Source: Hydrurus foetidus
Taxonomy: Eukaryota
NCBI GenBank assembly: GCA_900617105.1
Contig: UYFQ01000830.1
Location: 1-64,000, forward strand
Direction of reading: 5' to 3'
Length of the DNA: 64,000 nucleotides
Part shown: piece after piece, positions 58,046-64,000 of the stretch
Layout: every line of letters starts with the position of its first letter
Numbering within the stretch: the first letter of the stretch is position 1
Notes under the pieces: model-generated
What the model was told of the DNA's origin: nothing
Database searches by the model: none
Seen by the model: only the letters and a program-made list of their open reading frames with translations
Translations under genes and position numbers: made by a program

Positions 58046-60153
58046 TTAATTGGTGGCACTCAGCAGCTCCATTTTTTCTAATTTTTTAATTTCACGCGAG
58101 ACCCGGAATCTGTACACCGGATCATTTCCAACTTTACGGTAGAGCCCATCGAAGTCTTCTGGACGAAATCCGTTAAACTGAACAATTTTTGAGACCATTT
58201 CCGGAAAATAGTCGCACACTGTTCTGACCTGTAAAAAGGAAAATTGCAGAGGCAATTCAAAGTCACGACTAATTCGGACATGATTACGAGTTAACCGGAT
58301 ATCGAGCAGTAGGCAGTGGCTCACCTCGGGGCACATGGCGGACAAAACGTCTTCACGGCACATGTTGGCCGGAAGACCCGGTATACCAAAGTCAGTCTGA
58401 GAGTAATATTCAGCGAATGAGGTGAGAATCGTCGAAAGGAGTGATATGGAGGGCGAGAGAAAAGAGGAAGAGACGGAGATTGAGGGTTGTGTGAGAGAGA
58501 GAGCGAAAGAAAGGAACCAGACGAGAAAACGGAAAAGGTGAGAGAGTCTCATAAGACCTGCACGAAATAGTGTGTGTGAGTAAAAAGGGAGAGAGAGTGA
58601 GAAAGAGAGTAAGGCAATTTGGGGTCCTAGCTGCTCACCTGAATCTTGCTCCGTACGTCCACTCTCTTTTTCTCAATCATCGATAGGGTCTTGCAAAACC
58701 GCTCAAACTCTTCTTTGCTTCCATCCGATCTCTGACTTGACTGATTTGGCGAGAATTCCGTGATTTCTTTTCTTTGAGCTGACGTTGCTGATTGCTTGTT
58801 ACCGTTGCTGTTGATGATCGTGTCGAGATCACCTGATATTCTGTGACGAGCAGTGCAGTTAGTTTCATTAGTTGATTCGTATGTGGTCAGTTGCGGTTTA
58901 CAACTGGGTAGATTAGGCCTCTAATGAACACCGCAGCAGTAGCATGACTAAATGCGATAGAAGGAGCGACGGGAAGACAGGTACATGCCGTACTAAATGA
59001 TACACAAATGGAGTACGTGCGTACGTGCCTGTATTGAAAAGTTTGCAGAAGGACCTTGGACTTTAATTCCGGAACTTTCGATATTTGTTCGGACATACTG
59101 TTGAAAGTTTCGGCGTCCATGTTCATCGATCTGAAAAGTTTTAAAATGCAAAATAGATATGAATCTTTGCAGCAGAAAGGTAGGGAGGAAGGAATGAATG
59201 GAGGAAGGCAGGGAGGTATAAATTGTCTTCCACTTGAGTAATCTCGGCCGACTGTCAAAAGGGAGTGGTCAATGGAACCAATCGCATCGCACAATATGAC
59301 CGACATTCGACAAAAAGTGCATCAATGGGGCAAGATGTCACAGCCGAGAGTTACACGGTAATCCATCTGTCTTAATATCCATTGCAGGAGTACTTTCACC
59401 ACTGTCATCTGTCACTGCTGTGAGACAACTTGCGTACCACACCTTGCTATATGAGAAACCTTTCCATCGTAAACTTGGAATGCGAATTCGAGTTCTCGGT
59501 CCTTCGCATCGTTGCTGTAGCTGTTTCGGTTATAAGTGCGAAGGGACTCCGCATCACTGCCTGTCCATTATATTGAACAGCACCGCAATATGAGACTAGC
59601 GCGTGGTGACGTCATCGGGAAAATTGTCAACGCCCCATTTCGTGGACAGTAAATGCAGTCACTTCGTAACAGTTATTACGCAGAACTCTTTTTCATTTGT
59701 CTTCTCGACAGTCAGATCAGAAGTGCCAAAACGACAGAAGAATAATGAGCACATCAGGATAAAAAGACACGAAACAGCTCACTAAGGAATTCGCTTGAAT
59801 GCGGAAAAGCATGCCGCACAGTAATACATTACACTGCTGTGTATTTGCAAGCAGCGCAGATCTTTTCAGTGGACCAAGCATATCTAATACGAATGTCATC
59901 ACACAATCTATCACAACTTCATCGAACCTGTCATCTTGTGCAGAAAGTAGCGAAATGGATTCAGTGATCTCATTATCTCTCTATTCAGTTGCACTCGAAC
60001 CGGTTCAATCGCAGCTAGAACAGCGCAATATTTGTGCAAGTCGATTTCGTCTCGACGGAATATCGGGACTGCAGTGATGACTGCGACGATGCTCTTCTGC
60101 ATCATTGCAAAGAAGATGGCTACAGCAATTGTCAGCGAGAAACAGAACACCAT
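58046..60153 (-). CDS. Tandem DUF4168-like domain protein with signal peptide (probably plastid); multi-exon
   Basis: Two related helical repeats: LHKYCAVLAAIEPVR...MDAETFNSMSEQISKVPELKSKV and FERFCKTLSMIEKKR...LPANMC...VCDYFPEMVSKIVQFNGFRPEDFDGLYRKVGNDPVYRFRV. Hydrophobic N-terminus MVFCFSLTIAVAIFFA. Confidence 0.6.
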
Positions 60154-60673
60154 TTCTGATGTGCGTCTTTATCTAGAAGTCTCTCTCGTTGCAGGTATTG
60201 TTCTGATTGTTCACGACCACTTTTTTTTAGCGTGAAGAAGCTCAGCAATTGCGAAGATTGTTGAGCTTAATTTGGATCGCAAATATCGGGAGATGATGAA
60301 CGGGCAACGGATAGCGATAAGGCAGGAGTGCTGGTCGTTTGAGTATCGTTGAGATTGGTGCATTGACCAGCGTTCTACTTTTCACTCACACAAATGGGTC
60401 CGTTGGTCGTTGGTCTGCACAAAGTGGCAGTGATCTGATTTTTCAAATTTCTTCAAAATAATTTTTATCTACATCCCACCATACCGTAAACTTTCAAATT
60501 TTACGGAAACTTCCGGTGTAAGTGGCAAGCAGTAAGCAGTCCTTTGCAAGAAGTTGTTCAGTGATCACTTCTCGCTTCTCACTGCGGCAGAAATACCATC
60601 TTCAGCACTTTGAGTTGCGGATAACTCTTCTCGAACTCTTAAATTCTTATTTGGAAATAGTAAATCACACCAA

Positions 60674-63600
60674 ATGTTTAAAAAAGAGAAAGACTTGGCT
60701 GAAAGGTCTAGAGCACTACTCAAGAATAAAGAGACCAAGAGGCTGAAAGCTGACGTAAGTGGCTACTCATCGCAACCCTAGATTCCCATTGAAGTACTGA
60801 ACGTTTGGTTGGTTGTGAAGTTTCCGACACCACTTTTACAAGAGCAAAAGTTAAAATCGTCACCAGCTCACAGTACTTCATACCAAAATATCACTTTCTT
60901 TTTTCTCTTGGTATAAGTCGACAAGCAGTCATGATCATCATCGACATCTCTCCGTCTCTCTTCAGCTATCACGGCGCTTCTCCTTTTATGCGAGAATATC
61001 TGGACTCCTGCTTCCTCCTAGCGCGTCCAATACTGTTCTGAATAATGAATTGTGACCATCCTTTCTGTAACCCATTCACTTCACTTCATCAATCTATTCC
61101 TCACATTTTTAGATTCTGTCAAAGTTTCCCCGTCTTACAGAGGATGATTTGGACGCCATCGTGCTGAAGGAGCAGTTTACCCGTGTGGTACTCGCGAACA
61201 GGTCGATTGTTTATTCAATTGGACCTGTTCCTTACTTCATCGATCACGAAGGTGAAGACAAAGCATCTTCTATCTCATATCAGCATCCCAGTTGGCAGCG
61301 TCATTTTTTTTGTTGAAAGTTAAAATTAAGTTTCTCGAAATTGGTGATTATATATCATGATATTTTACAAACTGCCTTGATATGATGCATTTGAAATAAG
61401 CTGCACATATGCATGCTCTCACATTCCGTTCTCTACCAAACTTCTGATCTCACCCCGTCAGGACGAAATGATTTCTATCCTACGGTATTCTTGTTATGGA
61501 GGTGTCCACATGCGCTGCGATCTTTTGTGATACATGCACCAGTCTCAAGTGAGTAGACGATATCCTTGTCACAGCGTAGATATGATGATGTGTCATTTGT
61601 CTGGGATACAGGCAGCGCTTAGTTAGTCAGAGTTGCTGTGCAGTAAACGTAAACTCTCTTTTTACTGCGAGTAAGGCGTATTGGAAAGATGACTATGCAG
61701 ACACAGACGTGTTGTCAGATAGGCACACACACATATACAGAGAGACAGTCAATTAGACAGATATGACGAACAGACGAACAAACAGGCAGAGATGCTTGCG
61801 GTTGAAGGAATGAACAGAAAATAGGGCATGTTAAAGAATACTACAAAGTGCTTAACTGTTGGTTATACTCTCTCGCCACTCATCTGCAAACTTCTTCAGA
61901 ATGTTCTTTCCTGGTCTGTTTGAGAGCTATCATCGGATTTCAGAATTATTAGATTGGATTAGATTAGATTAGATTAGATTAGACTATATTAGATTAGATT
62001 GGACTGGATTGGATCATCACGCAGTTGCGCATTGTTGCTGTTGCTATCTCATCTCACGTTGCGCATTGCAAAGTATGAGAATTCGATGCATTGCTCTTCA
62101 GTGAGATTGAATCGTTATAGTATTTGAAACATTATACTGCTCTGCCCCGCTTTGTATCTTCATCTCCTTCTTCCATTATCTCTTTCAGTCTTGTCCTCTC
62201 ATCTCTCTCACCTCCTCTTTTCCTTTTTATTTTTACTTTTTTTTATCATTTTTATTTTCATTTTCATTTTTTTACTTCTTTTCTTCTTCTCACATTCTCA
62301 GCATTTGTCATGAAAGGCGCAGCTCTCTTGATGCCTGGTCTGGCCACACTCTCAGGTATGCAGAGATATTGAGTAGGAGCGCACGAATGTCCCCTTTTCT
62401 ATCCCCTCCAGTTCTCTGCTATGGCGTGTGTTGGAGAGACATGCGGGAATCTGAACACCTAAATCTCTTCTACGACATGCATTTCCACGTATTAATAGCA
62501 CAGCATGTCATAATGTGATGCAACATGATGTGATACGACTGAAGAAATATGGTATGACATGACATTGCATGACACGATATGATATGATATGACATGAGTT
62601 TACGGATTCTTTCCTACATTCACACAACACACTTCTCTTTCCTTACAATCTCTCTCCCCTCCCCTCCCCTACCTTCCCCACCCCTTACCTTTCGTCCATC
62701 TCTCACATTGTCGTTTATAGGATTAGAAGGTCTGTCGAAGGGGGAGAAGATGAGTGTGCGTGTGTGGGGCAACCCATCACCCTTTGCTGTGGGACTGTCG
62801 CAGATCAATTGGGAGATAATCGAGATGGGTGGTACGTACGTATGTGTGATGAAGTGTGGTGTGGTGTGGTGTGGTGTGGTGCAGTGTGGTGTGGTGTAGT
62901 GTGGTGCAGTGTGGTGTGGTGTGGTGTGGTGCAGTGTGGTGTGGTGTAGTGTGGTGTGGTGCAGTGTGGTGTGGTGCAGTGTGGTGTGGTGTGGTGTGCT
63001 TTTTGCATCCTGTTGTATCTCACTGAAGATGGAATTGAGAATCCCCGTCACCCCATCTCTTCATCACACCCCATCTCAACATTGCAACTCACCATCCCAT
63101 CACATCCTACCCCTCATGCAATCCCACCATCCCATCCCATCAGGTCGAAGGGGTGTTGCTCTCGAAGTGAGCATGCGGTACGGAGATTTCCTCAATCCCC
63201 TAGGGGGGGTGGGCAACGCACACCCCAACAACGGGTTTGGAGCCACTTCTATTTCGATACTAGAGGGATTTGATGATCAGTCTATGGGTGGGTCTTTTTC
63301 TCGAGTTCTTTGATGTCTTACTTAATTCATTTTTCGCATTGCATTGCCTAGATGGCATTGCATTGCATTCATAGCTTATGTATTATTTTGCAAGTCTATC
63401 CCTCTGTTGTGTGTGTGTGTGCTTGTGTGTCTGTATGTGTGTGCATTTATTTGACTGGTGAGGATCGCGGGCAAATGATAATGGAATGGGTGTTAGTGAA
63501 AGGTGTCTGAGAATCTGAATGTATTAATCTCTGCAAATCATCTAATTTAATTTGATCTGAAGTGACGTAACTTTTGCATACATTCAATTCAATCTCCACT

Positions 63601-64000
63601 CGAACTCCTTATGACAGTCGACAGTGAGGACGAGGACGAGGATGAAGAAGATGATTGCGATGAAGGAGGAGGAGAGGAGGTAGAGGGTGCGAGTGAGGGC
63701 AAAGCATTTGCCGGTGGAGATGGAAAGTTCACATACATAGGAGCACTTAAAGGCTCACACTTGGGAAAGGGGAAGGCAAAGAAAAAGGGGACTGGGAAGG
63801 GGGAGGGGGAGAAGAAAGACGTTCCACTAATGGGGTCAGGGGTGGATAAAGGAATTGCTGCACTGTCTGATTTCCCACCTCTGTCGGTTTCTTCCCCTTC
63901 CCTTTCTGATGCTGCGTCAGTTGCTGCTGTGTCCGCACAGAGCAATGTAGACAAGTCAGAGAATGACACTGAGAGTAGAGATGTTGCTGATCTACTCTCT
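60674..64000 (+). CDS. EIF2D: Translation factor eIF2D (ligatin)-like, pre-PUA + PUA domains; continues beyond the window
   Basis: Spliced exons give MFKKEKDLAERSRALLKNKETKRLKAD/ILSKFP...PYFIDHEG/RNDFYPTVFLLWRCPHALRSFVIHAPVS/FVMKGAALLMPG/...VRVWGNPSPFAVG.../GRRGVALEVSMRYGDFL. The frame continues into an acidic region, so the protein is longer than MCT-1. Confidence 0.82.
62854..62997 (+). repeat. Intronic (GTGTG/GTGCA)n pentamer microsatellite
   Basis: Directly visible. Confidence 0.93.

Overview
Gene-dense, intron-rich eukaryotic nuclear DNA, most likely from a plastid-bearing stramenopile (ochrophyte, possibly a chrysophyte). This is inferred from signal-peptide presequences, gene content and TTTAGGG repeats. 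Bases 20-5659 hold a young Ty1/copia LTR retrotransposon on the minus strand, with identical 89-bp LTR segments and one -1 frameshift at the start of RT. About 12 host genes follow, most of them spliced and in almost strictly alternating orientation: a signal-peptide-bearing SAM-type mitochondrial carrier, a tandem GST-N/thioredoxin-fold plastid protein, an LRR-IQ-WW-Tudor-like protein, a HIG1/Rcf2-like protein, an RHL1-like (topoisomerase VI partner) protein, TruA, an uncharacterised GH20/GH67-like-fold protein, 3-hydroxyisobutyrate dehydrogenase, a TBC Rab-GAP, a GT18/MGAT5-like glycosyltransferase, a tandem DUF4168-like protein and the 5' part of eIF2D. Introns carry many 4-5-nt microsatellites, long pyrimidine tracts, a 7x34-bp hairpin minisatellite and an interstitial telomeric repeat. 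I found no CRISPR array, tRNA or rRNA. All family calls come from motif recognition by eye, not from database searches. I cannot claim a demonstrably new system. The best leads are the retroelement's unresolved priming region, the uncharacterised GH-like family, the RHL1-like gene and the signal-peptide carrier.
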